From positions 64,001 to 128,000 of the forward strand of contig CBDDIJ010000002.1 in assembly GCA_965228855.1 (NCBI GenBank): DNA of 64,000 nucleotides, given 5' to 3'. This document shows, one piece after another, positions 1 through 10,121 of the stretch. The stretch is from Candidatus Obscuribacterales bacterium (GTDB lineage Bacteria > Cyanobacteriota > Vampirovibrionia > Obscuribacterales > Obscuribacteraceae). The translations under genes were made by a program, and so were the position numbers. The stretch's first letter is position 1, and each line of letters opens with the position of its first letter. The notes beneath the pieces are model-generated. The model was not told the DNA's origin, made no database searches, and saw only the letters and a program-made list of their open reading frames with translations.

Positions 1-843
1 CGGCTCAAGAAACTCCTGGTGCCGAACTCGGCTGACCATGAGCGTCTTGTGCGCACGCAGCTGGAGCACGACCAGTCGCTTCAGCACGTGGTAAGTGTTT
101 TGAGCGATCATGGGATTGACGCTCGGTGCGTCATTCGGCATCCTGGCGAGCATTTCGAGATTCGCGACGACGAGAAGATGGTCATCACCGTAGGCGGTGA
201 CGGCACCTTCCTCGACGCGTCACACTCGGTGCTCAATGATGTGCCGATGCTGGGCGTGAACAGCGCTCCGCATTCCAGTTTCGGGCACTTCTGCCTGACC
301 GATCGCAGCGGTTTCGAAGCCGCTCTCAGTTCGATTCTTTCGGGACGTCGAAAACCCTCATCGCTCCTTCGTCTCAAGCTGACGCTGGACAACGAGGTCG
401 TCGACATCCCTGTTCTCAACGAGGTTCTCCTCGCGCACATCATCCCGGCTGGAACCAGTCGCTACAAGCTCGATGTGGGAGGCGAGACGGCGAGCCACAA
501 ATCGTCCGGTCTCATCATCTCCACCCCGAGCGGCTCGACCGGCTTCATGCGTTCGGCGGCGGGTCCCATCGCCGACATCACCGACGAGACGTTCGCCTTC
601 TGGGTGGACAAACCGTTCAAGACGCCCGGCGTCAGCTTCCCTCTGCGGGGCGGCGAGGTCGTCGACGGCAAGCTCGTCGTCACATCCGAGATGATCGACG
701 GCATGTTGTACATCGACGGAGCGCACATCCAGCGCCCGTTTCCGCACGGCGCAAAACTGACCGTCACCGTGCATGAGTCTCCGCTCCGCGCCTACGTCGA
801 CCCGGCGTGCCACGACCGCTACAAGTCGGATTCGTGGGCGTAG
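1..843 (+). CDS. nadK: NAD(+) kinase (5' end probably outside the window)
   Basis: VGGDGTFL, GVNS, LNEV and SSGLIISTPSGSTG motifs; frame is open from base 1. Confidence 0.9.
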   Translation, partial: RLKKLLVPNSADHERLVRTQLEHDQSLQHVVSVLSDHGIDARCVIRHPGEHFEIRDDEKMVITVGGDGTFLDASHSVLNDVPMLGVNSAPHSSFGHFCLTDRSGFEAALSSILSGRRKPSSLLRLKLTLDNEVVDIPVLNEVLLAHIIPAGTSRYKLDVGGETASHKSSGLIISTPSGSTGFMRSAAGPIADITDETFAFWVDKPFKTPGVSFPLRGGEVVDGKLVVTSEMIDGMLYIDGAHIQRPFPHGAKLTVTVHESPLRAYVDPACHDRYKSDSWA

Positions 844-880
844 AGCCAATCGCAACCCGAAGATTCCTATGGAGAAACGC

Positions 881-2251
881 ATGAAACTCTTTTCGAATAT
901 CACGAGGATGCTCGTGATCGCGGTTGTCGCGCTGCTCGCAATGGCCCCGTCCATGGCGTCAGCGCAGACCACCCCGTACCGGCCCAATTTCAGCGCCGGC
1001 ACGCAGGTCTACATCGACCCGGCAGTGGCGAATCATCCGGACTTTCCGGTGTCGCTCTCCGGGCTCGAATCCAAGCTCAAAGACGCCGGCTCCGCGCACG
1101 GTGTCGTCTTCATCTCGGTCGCCGTCCAACAAACGACCGAGCGTGGCGGCGGCAATCTCGCAGCCGATTGGCTCGACCAGCTGCTTCTGCGGTGGGGCGG
1201 CGCCAACGGTTTCCCCTCGGACAACTATGTCCTGATGGTCTGGATGCGTAGCGCATCGAACCCGTCGGAAGGCTGGGTCGCGGTCAACGCCGGCGCCAAC
1301 CTGAAGACGTACGGTCTGGGCAAGAGCATGCTCGATGCCGCTGACGGTCCGGTCGTTCCGGCTGTGCGCAAGTACATGCCGCAGGATCCCAAAGGCGCCT
1401 TCCTCGGTATCGCGGGCGGTGTCAACAAGGTCGTCGACGACTACAACGCCGCGCAGCAAAGCGCCAAGGACCGCTCCGACTTCATGGGTCAGCTGCCGAT
1501 CTACTTCCTGATTCTGCTTGTCGCCGGCGGCGCCGTCGCCTTCTTCGTCGTGCGCTCCAAGGGCGCCAAGGACCTCAAGGCGCAGGTCGAGCCGCTCTTC
1601 AACGAGTGGAACGAGAAGATGGAGTCCGCCAACGCGCTCTACCTCAAGCTTCGCGGTGGCTACCTGGGCTTCATCCAGGACCAGGGCGACTGGAAGGGCA
1701 AGTTCTCGGGCTCGACCAAAGCCCAGTACGAAGCGGCTCTCACCAACTTCGCCGACTTCTCTGCCCGTCGTTCGAAGGCGAACGCGCATCTCGAAGAGGC
1801 GCACAAGCTCTGGCAGAAGGGCGACTACAAGGGCGTGCGCGAGATGCTGCAGAACCAGACCATCTCGGTCACCGGTGCGGACATCGCGCTCGAGGACGCC
1901 ACGCTGTTCGGTGGGCTGGTCGTGAAGAACGACTACAAGCCGTCCGAGCTGCTCAACTCGATGGCGACGCTGTTCGACCAGACCAACAAGGCGCTGGCCG
2001 GCATCATGAAGTCGCTCAACGAGGCGCTCGCCGCCGGTTCGGAGCTGGACGCCGTGCAGGCGGACATCGAGATGAAGTGGGCGCAGGCGGGCGACAAGTC
2101 GTTCGCTCCGCACAAGGCCGAATTCGACGCCATCAACGTCGAGGAAGTCCAGGTGCGGCTCACCTACAAGAGCGACCCGCTCGCCGGCAAGGCAGCGATG
2201 CTCGCCCTCGTCGCTCGCGCCAAGACGATCCAGTCGAAACTGGCAGCCTGA
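881..2251 (+). CDS. Signal peptide + TPM-like extracytoplasmic domain + TM helix + coiled coil; short paralog of 6915-9914
   Basis: GGAG RBS at 871 and ATG at 881; AxA signal; TM IYFLILLVAGGAVAFFVV; blocks FPSDNY, GPV.P..R..MPQDP.GAF, SAN.LYLKLR and LE.ATLFGGLV shared with the paralog. Confidence 0.65.
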   Translation: MKLFSNITRMLVIAVVALLAMAPSMASAQTTPYRPNFSAGTQVYIDPAVANHPDFPVSLSGLESKLKDAGSAHGVVFISVAVQQTTERGGGNLAADWLDQLLLRWGGANGFPSDNYVLMVWMRSASNPSEGWVAVNAGANLKTYGLGKSMLDAADGPVVPAVRKYMPQDPKGAFLGIAGGVNKVVDDYNAAQQSAKDRSDFMGQLPIYFLILLVAGGAVAFFVVRSKGAKDLKAQVEPLFNEWNEKMESANALYLKLRGGYLGFIQDQGDWKGKFSGSTKAQYEAALTNFADFSARRSKANAHLEEAHKLWQKGDYKGVREMLQNQTISVTGADIALEDATLFGGLVVKNDYKPSELLNSMATLFDQTNKALAGIMKSLNEALAAGSELDAVQADIEMKWAQAGDKSFAPHKAEFDAINVEEVQVRLTYKSDPLAGKAAMLALVARAKTIQSKLAA

Positions 2252-2297
2252 GCGAGCCGACTGTGCGCGCTTGTTCTGAACAGTGCGCACAAATTTC

Positions 2298-2341
2298 GCG
2301 AACCAGGGGAGCCCATGCGGCTCTCCTGGTTTCGCGTTTTT
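2298..2341 (+). terminator. Intrinsic terminator
   Basis: gcgaaccaggggagc/gctctcctggtttcgc stem followed by a T-run. Confidence 0.7.
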
Positions 2342-2447
2342 GTCGCTCATTCGCGACATCGTATAGTAGTAGATCCCGCTTCCGCCAAACGCGTTTTGAA
2401 CTGCCCCCGAAGTTCACGAACACCCGAGTAAATCACCCAGTCCCGCC

Positions 2448-3144
2448 GAGGATTTTGAAAATGTGGCAAAAATCGATCCGATCACTAAATTACCCTGGGC
2501 CGAAAGAGGACTTTGGAAATGTGGCAAAAACCGATCCGATCACTAAATCACCCTGGGCCGAAGGAGTACTTTGGGAAATGTGGCAAAAACCGATCCGATT
2601 TTGAGAAATCTTGATCTGTTTTTCACACACTTACCGGATGGCGCACGCACACTTGTAATTTCGTCCGCCGCTGGCGAGGTCAGTTCGAGTCGTGAACTCC
2701 AGGTCCCTGAGGGCGAGCTAGCTCGAGTCATGACCTCCGGGTCCGGCGGGTCGAGCTAGTTTGAGCCCTGACGAAAGAGGACTTTGAGAATGTGGCAAAA
2801 ACCGATCCGATTTTGAGAAATCTTGATCGGTTTTTCACACACTTACCGGATGGCGCACGAACACCTGTAATTTCGCCCACCGCTGGCGAGGTCAGTTCGA
2901 GTCATGACCTCCGGGTCCTGCGGGGCGAGCTAGCTCGAGTCATGACCTCCGGGTCCTGCGGGGCGAGCTAGTTTGAGCCCTGACCTCCGGGTCCTGCGGG
3001 TCGAGCTAGCTCGAGTCGTGAACTCCGGGTCCCGGCGGGTCGAGCTAGTTTTAGCCCTGACGAAAGAGGACTTTGGAAAATGTGGCAAAAATCGATCCGA
3101 TTTTGAGAAATCTTGATCGGTTTTTCACACACTTACCGGATGGC
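2448..3144. repeat. Nested tandem repeat array: 58-59-bp units, three full ~51-bp palindromes (2579, 2791, 3081) and 38-39-bp sub-repeats
   Basis: atgtggcaaaaa(c/t)cgatccgat at 2461, 2519, 2578, 2790 and 3080; tcgagtcatgacctccgggtcc...gagctag occurs x2 then x4. Confidence 0.95.
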
Positions 3145-3367
3145 GAGTCTGTGCGACAGTTTTGATGAAAGGGGTCTTGCCAGACGCGTCGGTTGCATGC
3201 AATAGGCGCACAAAAATTTCTTCGTCAAGTCTTGCCACTTTCCGCAGCCAGAGCCAATAGGCGACGTTTTCATCCTGCGTGTTTTCCGCATTGGCACGCC
3301 GCAAACGTCGGAGTAATTTCTGAAGGAAACCAGCGGTCGCTACCGGCTCAATGAGAGTTATCCGACA

Positions 3368-4312
3368 ATGAAAAAGCCAAACAATCCTCCCGTCTCGCAA
3401 GCACTCACCGACGAGTTGTTCTGGAGCTTGTTCTACGGTGACCTGGATCAGGTAGTTGGTCATGTCGTGATTCAGTCCGCGTTTCTCTGGGACGCGCGAA
3501 TGAAAAAAATCGAGAGACGGATAGAAGAAGCCATCACCCGTGGTGCCACCGTCTGTGTCTTCATTCAGGCACCAAGCAGCTGGTATAAAGAAACCTTGAC
3601 CGACCAGCAACAGGAGGAGTTGCAGGGCTTCTACAACAGATGCCTGGTCCTGCAGTCCTGGGGAGTGCACCTCAATCTGAAAAACAAAATACATCAAAAA
3701 ATTGCAATACTCGATGGGAAGGTTCACTACGAGGGCAGCTTGAATATCATGTCCCATCGGGACACAGGAGAGAACATGCGTCGCTTCTCAATTCCGACTG
3801 AAGCCGACGTCATTGCAAACCTCCATGGCTTGGACCTTTGCTTGATATGCAACCAGGCGAGAATCAAAAATGGAACCGGTAGCCTAGAAGAAAACGCATT
3901 GGCAAAAGTTGGTGAATGCATTAAGCGTCAACGTAGGCATCTTGGGCTTTCCCAGGGGCAACTGAGTGCGCGCTGCGGAGTTGAAAGAACTCAGTTGTCA
4001 CGGCTCGAAAGACTGTTCACCTCGAGCCTCTCGGTTTTCGCAAACATAATCGGCGCGCTCGACCTGGAGATCCTGCTCGTGCCAAAGCGGCACATTCTAT
4101 GCGTCAGCGATTTTCTCGACCGCTTGCTCAACAACGAATTGACGGAGCGCCCAAACCGTTGGGTGACGAGTCGAGTCGAAGAAATCTACCGACTCTCGCC
4201 ATTCTCGCTACATCTGCCCCCGGGACTGGCTGAGCGCAATACCCAGCAAAAAAGGGCGCGCTTTCGAGGAAAACCATCGGAGCCTTCTTCGCAATCGAAC
4301 GATGAAGCTTGA
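3368..4312 (+). CDS. PLD-superfamily (HKD) nuclease-like domain + CxxC + XRE-type HTH fusion
   Basis: HQKIAILDG..YEGSLN; CLIC; IKRQRRHLGLSQGQLSARCGVERTQLSRLE. Confidence 0.8.
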   Translation: MKKPNNPPVSQALTDELFWSLFYGDLDQVVGHVVIQSAFLWDARMKKIERRIEEAITRGATVCVFIQAPSSWYKETLTDQQQEELQGFYNRCLVLQSWGVHLNLKNKIHQKIAILDGKVHYEGSLNIMSHRDTGENMRRFSIPTEADVIANLHGLDLCLICNQARIKNGTGSLEENALAKVGECIKRQRRHLGLSQGQLSARCGVERTQLSRLERLFTSSLSVFANIIGALDLEILLVPKRHILCVSDFLDRLLNNELTERPNRWVTSRVEEIYRLSPFSLHLPPGLAERNTQQKRARFRGKPSEPSSQSNDEA

Positions 4313-4592
4313 GGACTTCGGTCTCGTTGCGGACCATTGACTCCCACACACAAACCACTCCTACCAGCGCCTGCCGCGGAGGTCTCAAAGCTACAGCGAT
4401 TCGGATGTGTGGAGAACGGATCCGATCAGCACAAAACCTACCACGGCATCTAGTACCACTCCGTCCGAACAGACAGGGGACCAAAGTCACCGGCTAACGC
4501 CGATGAACCTCGCTCCCCTGCTGTGAATGAGTCAAACCCGCCGCTGCCTCATAACGAAACAATGGCGAGTCAAATTTTCCAGAAAACCTGTG

Positions 4593-5246
4593 CTACTTCG
4601 AGCAAACGTCCTTCTTCGCAGCCTTGCCGTCCTTGTCCTTGGGCTTCCCATCGGACTTCGACGGCTTTTCGACATCGGCGCACACCCCACACGGCTTCTT
4701 GGAACGGCGCTCCTTGGTGAGACCGGCGTTCACATGGCGTTTGCCCTGCGGAGTCGTGAGAAGCTCGATCTCGATGACACCATCGCCACCCTTCGCTTCG
4801 AGCACGTCTTCGGCGACGCACTTGATGATGTGGGCGGTGGGCATCAGACCGAGACTCGACGACGTGAGCCGGTCCGGCATGATGGGGATCGTGATGCGTT
4901 CGCAGCGGGCAGCCACGACGCGATTCATGGCGACCTTGATGGTATCGCGCACGGTGCCACAATCGAAACGTCCAGCCTTGCCGAGACCGACGATCAGCAC
5001 CTTTTTCTGCTTGCTCTTGTCGCCGAGCGTGATGGTCAGGTGTTCACCCAACTCACCCGTGAAACCACTCGTCGACAGCTGCTCCGAGACTTTCTCTTCG
5101 GAGCTTGCCACCAGACCTTTGAGATCGGCGGCCAGGTTCATCCCAGAAAACTTCGCGAGCATGAGCATAGGAGTGACGGGTTCCGGTGCTTGAACGCGAT
5201 CCTTGCCCGCTTTCAGCGTGGCAGATACGGTAAATTTAGCCTTCAT
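4593..5246 (-). CDS. Stand-alone leucyl aminopeptidase (M17) N-terminal-domain protein
   Basis: FTGELGE...KKVLIVGLGK motif; no M17 catalytic domain; GGAG RBS. Confidence 0.65.
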   Translation of the reverse strand: MKAKFTVSATLKAGKDRVQAPEPVTPMLMLAKFSGMNLAADLKGLVASSEEKVSEQLSTSGFTGELGEHLTITLGDKSKQKKVLIVGLGKAGRFDCGTVRDTIKVAMNRVVAARCERITIPIMPDRLTSSSLGLMPTAHIIKCVAEDVLEAKGGDGVIEIELLTTPQGKRHVNAGLTKERRSKKPCGVCADVEKPSKSDGKPKDKDGKAAKKDVCSK

Positions 5247-5893
5247 GGAGAACTCTCCTGTTTGGACCGACGACCGCTACATCGCCAGCCCTGGTTGCCT
5301 TCCCAAACCAATGCCACCGCGGATGACACCAGCCCGGAAGTGGATTACTTAACTTGAACCAAAATCGAACCGACGCGACGCACTCACCACTCTTCACCAG
5401 GAGCGCAAGTTCGCAGCTACAACTCGACCATCAGACAAGTCCAAATATTCGGTCAACCATCCTTCCCCGCACACCTGACGCCACCCATGTCGCTGATACG
5501 ACGGCGTTTTCTTATGGTGAATGTAAGACTGGATGCGGTTTTCGCGGAAGAAGTCCTGTTGGAGCAGAAAGTGAAGTTGACCAGTCAACGTATAAAAAAC
5601 TACTGGTATAGTGCAATAACTACTTCCCTTAAACAGCACTAAAGTCTGCACAGTTAGCGCGATCCTGCCTACAAGTTCCAACGAATGCACTAAATGAATT
5701 GCGTCTCCTAAATCCGAAGAGCTGCTTCAAATAAACCTTTTCAGACCACGCTAGCGCAAAAGATAAAGGAAAAATTGAACCCTAGCGCAACTTCTCGCTG
5801 CCCGTTACGTAACTCAACAACCGCTTCCTGAGCGGCGCTTAAGGGTTAGATGAATCGACCGCTCGGCCTGCAATACGCGACATCGACTTATCG

Positions 5894-6067
5894 GTTTCGA
5901 GCAGACAGTTGCCTGGTGTCGGAACCCCGATGAGGAGCGTCAAAGTTCTATGGATCGTTGTCTATTTAGAGTTGAGAGATAACTGGTGTCTGAAACGATG
6001 AGGGACAAGCTCTGTGGAGCACAGTCCGTTTCAAGTCGACAGATGCCTGGTGTCGAAATCGATGCCG
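5894..6067. repeat. Three degenerate ~40-bp direct repeats with 24-28-bp unique spacers
   Basis: GTTTC..G..GACAG.TGCCTGGTGTC.GAA.C-GATG at 5894, 5964 and 6028. Confidence 0.55.
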
Positions 6068-6914
6068 TGGTGTGGAGACGGTTCAAAGACATCCTTCCGT
6101 AGAACATTTGCCCCGCATCGATACCCCGGTCACACAGAACACTTGCCGCCCGCATCGATACCACAACCATTTATAGATGATCCAGACTAGGTCGCGAATT
6201 GTCACCGCATTTAGTATCACCCATATCACTTGCGCGACAACAACAAGCCGCCATCTAATCGTCCATTAGTAGCAACTCACCCAACCGGCGAATTCGCGCT
6301 GCGCTAACGACGCTAGTCAAGCACCTCTTAAATTCGGTCACATCATGAACATATAACGTTGTCATGAAATCCATAGCGCCTCTTGTTTGATATTGTCCCG
6401 CGGTCGTTTCGGCCACGCTGAATCCGGAGAACCGCGTACCGTTAACCCCAGATAAGGTTCACAAGCGGCAACAAACCTTGGGGCAGCGCATCGCCGATTT
6501 GTAGATTGCATAGGTCCACTTTTTTCACACCTTGCGACTTCTCTCCGCCTCCAGACATCTAACCTGAACCGATTCGCCAGACCACCCGCAACAGCGTGTG
6601 GTTTCTGCACGTCTAAGGTCCGATGAAGAGCGTCGTCGCGAGATGGTTTCTTCTAAACGCACACGGCTAGCCGTTCCTGTCACCAACGTGGTCCCGAGGA
6701 ACGGCACGAGGGCGTCTCATCGCTTCGCACGGTCCGTCGACACGCAGCACTCCATGCTCGTGCCCGCGCGACTTTCAGAAACCGCAATCCGCTGTTGCAG
6801 TCGAGTTCGTTACGACGAACCACGCCAACTGCGGACGACCTTCTGACGAGGCAGCTTTCGACACAACGCGTCGATGACGGCGCGCTGAACCGACACCAAT
6901 TGCTGGGAGAACCT

Positions 6915-9914
6915 ATGTTGTTCAGAAATCTCACGCATGTGCGCGGTGTCCTGGTAATGGCTCTGCTCCTTATCATCTCGGTGATAGGTGCACAGCCGGC
7001 ATTCGCGCAGAACCAACAGACGTGGCTGCCGGACTTCAGTCCGGACCGGCACGTCTACGTCGATCCCCTGCTTTCCAACAACCGGCAGGCGCCCGTGAAT
7101 CTGAGTTCCATCGAATCCGATCTCATCCGCGAGGGTGAGCGGCACGGGCTCAAGGTTTACGTGGTCGCCACGCAGCAAGGTTCCGACCTGCTGCAGTCCG
7201 ACATCCCCGGTCGAGACGCGCTCGACAAGCTCGTCTTGAAGTGGCAGTCGCGACCCGGTTTCCCGTCCGACAACTATCTCGTCGTCATGTGGGTCCGCCG
7301 AGCGGACAATCCCAATAAGGGTTCGGTTGCAGCCAACGGCGGCAACTGGTTCTCCGATTGGAACATGACCGGCGCCTATTTCTCGGACCCGCAGAACGGT
7401 CCGGTCATCCCCAACCTGCGCCGCTTCATGCCGCAGGACCCGGCCGGCGCCTTCGTCGCAGTTGTCCAGACGGTCAACAGCGATATCGACACCATCAAGG
7501 CTCGCCAGGCGAAAGCCGAGGCGGACCGCAAGCTCCAGGAGATGATGCCGTACTATCTCGGCGGCGGCGGGCTCGCCATCGCCTTCCTCGGCACGCTCAT
7601 CTGGCTGCTCATGCGCAACTCCTCGCGGCGCAAGCGCGCTCAGAAGCTGATCGCCGACTTCGAGACCAGCCTCAACAGCGCCAACGAGCTCTATCTGAAG
7701 CTGCGCGACTATCGCGGTTTCCTCACCGATCAGGGTGACTGGAAGTCGCGTTTCAAAGGTCGCACGCTCTCGACGTTCACGGCGGCCTGCAAGGACTTCG
7801 CCGACTTCTCCGTTCGGCGTAAGGTCGCCAACGACACACTGGAGGCGGCGAAGAAGGCGTTCGAGCGCAATCGGTTTCCGTCCATAAAAGGTCTGACCGA
7901 ATGCGAAGAGCTGCTCAGCAAGCGTGTCATCACCATCACCGGTGACGACCTGCCGCTGGAGGAAGCGACGCTGTTCGGCGGTCTGGTCGAGAAGGCGGAC
8001 TACGAGCCGGGCGCGCTGCTCAACGCCATGTCGGAACTCTTCGACAAGACGAACAAGGCGCTGTCCGGCATCGTCAAGGCGTTCGAAGGCGCGCGCCAGA
8101 ACAAGACCGACGTCGAACATCTCGACGCGCAGATCGACGCCCAGCGCAAGGACATCGAAGCCGCCGAACTCACGATGGCGCCCTACGAGGCAACCATCGC
8201 CGAGCTCAAGCGCGGTCAGGCGGCGTTCGTCGCCATCCTGTCCTCGGACCCGCTCGAAGCTTTCAGCGGGTCGGAAACCGTGGAAGCCGGCTTCAAGGCT
8301 CTGGGCGAGAAACTCATCCGCGCGATCGGCATCAAGAAGTCGCTGCCCGCGGTGAAAACCCAGATCGACGGCTCCGAGACCAAGGCAACCAAGAAGCGCG
8401 GCGAAGACGCGGTCTACCTGTACGTTCTCGGCGAGGGCGAAAGCCAGCCGCAGACCGCGCAGGGCGCCAAGTTCATGCTCGCCGAGAAGGGCTCCAATCC
8501 GGATACCTTCGTCGCCGATGCTCGCGGCAGCCTGAAGAACGCGCACGAACTCGTCTACGCCGCCAAGCTGGACGAAGCCGTGACCGCGAAGGAGAAGGCG
8601 GAATCGCTCGCCAAGCAGGCAAGCGACCTGGTGGACGACATCGTCGCCGCCAAGGCCTGGGTGGAAACCAAGGTCACGCCGGCGCGCAACACGCTCGCCA
8701 GCCTCCGCACCGAGCTTCCCGACGCCGACACGGCTGTCGTGGAGCTCAAATCGGACTTCCTGGCCAAAAACTATGGAAGCCATCCGACTGCGGTCGACGA
8801 GTCGCATGCGACCGAGAAGGGCACTCCGAGCCTGCTCGCACAGGTAAAGGTGCTCTACGACGCGCAGAACTTCGTCGGCGCCCGCGCGCTCGTGAAGAGC
8901 ACGCAAGCCGCGCTCGACGGCGCCCGCACCAAGCTCACGCAGGCTCACGCCCTGCTCAAGGAGCTGCGCCGCCTGCGCCAGGACAGCCGCGACACCGTGG
9001 CGACGTGCCTGACGACCGCTCAGCGCCTGCGCGCCAAGCTGCGCGACAACGCCTTCACCACGGCAGCTGCAACCGACAACGCATTCGCCGAGGCCGACCG
9101 CAAGCTCGGTCTGCAGAAGGCGGAAGCGGACAAGAAGATCGCCGATTGGCCGGCGGTCAACAAGGCGGTTCACGAGGTCGTGGCCAGCTTCGATGGTTTC
9201 GACAAGGCGATCGACGCGCAGCGTCGCGCTTACGACCAGGCCAAGGAAGACTTCGCGGTTCTCGACGCAGCCATCGGCTACGCCGCACCGAAGGTCGCCA
9301 ACGACGTCACCACCGACGATACCAAACGGGCGCTCGCGTCCGTGCGGACCGCGCGTGGACAGCTCCAGAACAAGCTCAACACCGCCAAGTCCGACTGGGT
9401 CGCACTCAGCCGCGAGATTGGCGAACTGAAGGCTGACGCGGATGGAGCCAAGGAGCAGGCCGAGCTCGAGATCAAGACCTGTGCCGAGGCGCAGTCGGCC
9501 TACCAGTCGGCAAGCGAGAAGATCAACGAGGTCAACCGCCGGTCATACGGCGAAGGCGTCGATGCGGACCTCTCGACCGCAAACTCGCGCCTGCGCGAGA
9601 GCTCCTCGTACTTCCGCAACAAGGACTACGCCGAGGCGAAGTCGAAAGCCAAGCAAGCCTACAAGGCAGCCGAAGAGGCTGATGATGCAGCCGAGAGCCT
9701 CGCTCGTCGTCGCAAGCGCGACCGCGAAGAGGCTGCGGCAGCTGCGGCTCGCGCTGCGGCAGCCGCCCTCCGCGCCTCGCAGCAACGCAGCAGCGGTGGC
9801 GGTTTCAGCGGTGGCGGCTCGCGTACCGGTGGTGGCAGTTCCGGCGGAGGGGGCTTCAAGTCCAGCTCCGGCGGCAGCAGCTACAGCGGCAGGAGCGGCG
9901 GCGGCAACTACTAG
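6915..9914 (+). CDS. Large TPM-like domain membrane protein with long coiled coil and Gly/Ser-rich tail
   Basis: GGAGA RBS and ATG at 6915; signal peptide; TM; ~700 aa Ala/Lys/Glu helical region; GGGFSGGG tail typical of TPM proteins. Confidence 0.7.
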   Translation: MLFRNLTHVRGVLVMALLLIISVIGAQPAFAQNQQTWLPDFSPDRHVYVDPLLSNNRQAPVNLSSIESDLIREGERHGLKVYVVATQQGSDLLQSDIPGRDALDKLVLKWQSRPGFPSDNYLVVMWVRRADNPNKGSVAANGGNWFSDWNMTGAYFSDPQNGPVIPNLRRFMPQDPAGAFVAVVQTVNSDIDTIKARQAKAEADRKLQEMMPYYLGGGGLAIAFLGTLIWLLMRNSSRRKRAQKLIADFETSLNSANELYLKLRDYRGFLTDQGDWKSRFKGRTLSTFTAACKDFADFSVRRKVANDTLEAAKKAFERNRFPSIKGLTECEELLSKRVITITGDDLPLEEATLFGGLVEKADYEPGALLNAMSELFDKTNKALSGIVKAFEGARQNKTDVEHLDAQIDAQRKDIEAAELTMAPYEATIAELKRGQAAFVAILSSDPLEAFSGSETVEAGFKALGEKLIRAIGIKKSLPAVKTQIDGSETKATKKRGEDAVYLYVLGEGESQPQTAQGAKFMLAEKGSNPDTFVADARGSLKNAHELVYAAKLDEAVTAKEKAESLAKQASDLVDDIVAAKAWVETKVTPARNTLASLRTELPDADTAVVELKSDFLAKNYGSHPTAVDESHATEKGTPSLLAQVKVLYDAQNFVGARALVKSTQAALDGARTKLTQAHALLKELRRLRQDSRDTVATCLTTAQRLRAKLRDNAFTTAAATDNAFAEADRKLGLQKAEADKKIADWPAVNKAVHEVVASFDGFDKAIDAQRRAYDQAKEDFAVLDAAIGYAAPKVANDVTTDDTKRALASVRTARGQLQNKLNTAKSDWVALSREIGELKADADGAKEQAELEIKTCAEAQSAYQSASEKINEVNRRSYGEGVDADLSTANSRLRESSSYFRNKDYAEAKSKAKQAYKAAEEADDAAESLARRRKRDREEAAAAAARAAAAALRASQQRSSGGGFSGGGSRTGGGSSGGGGFKSSSGGSSYSGRSGGGNY

Positions 9915-10011
9915 CCTTCGCTCAGCGTCGAGACAAAAATCTCGACGCCAATGTTGTTGTTTAAACCAAAGGAGGCGGTGCAAAACAGCGCCTTCTGTTC
10001 GTAGCGAAATT

Positions 10012-10040
10012 AAACGGCTTGCCTCGTGGCGAGCCGTTTT
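10012..10040 (+). terminator. Hairpin/terminator between the TPM gene and PspA-like copy 1
   Basis: aaacggcttgc-ctcgtg-gcgagccgtttt. Confidence 0.55.
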
Positions 10041-10121
10041 CGACTCCAATCCGTCGACTGTTCGGAACCACTCCGGCAGCGACTCAACGACCCAATGGGT
10101 CACACGAAAGGTTCAATCACT

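Noticed and set aside
2448..3144. Nested array as CRISPR or as a coding region
   Set aside because: The inter-repeat sequences are themselves repeats, and unit lengths of 58-59 and 38 break the reading frame.
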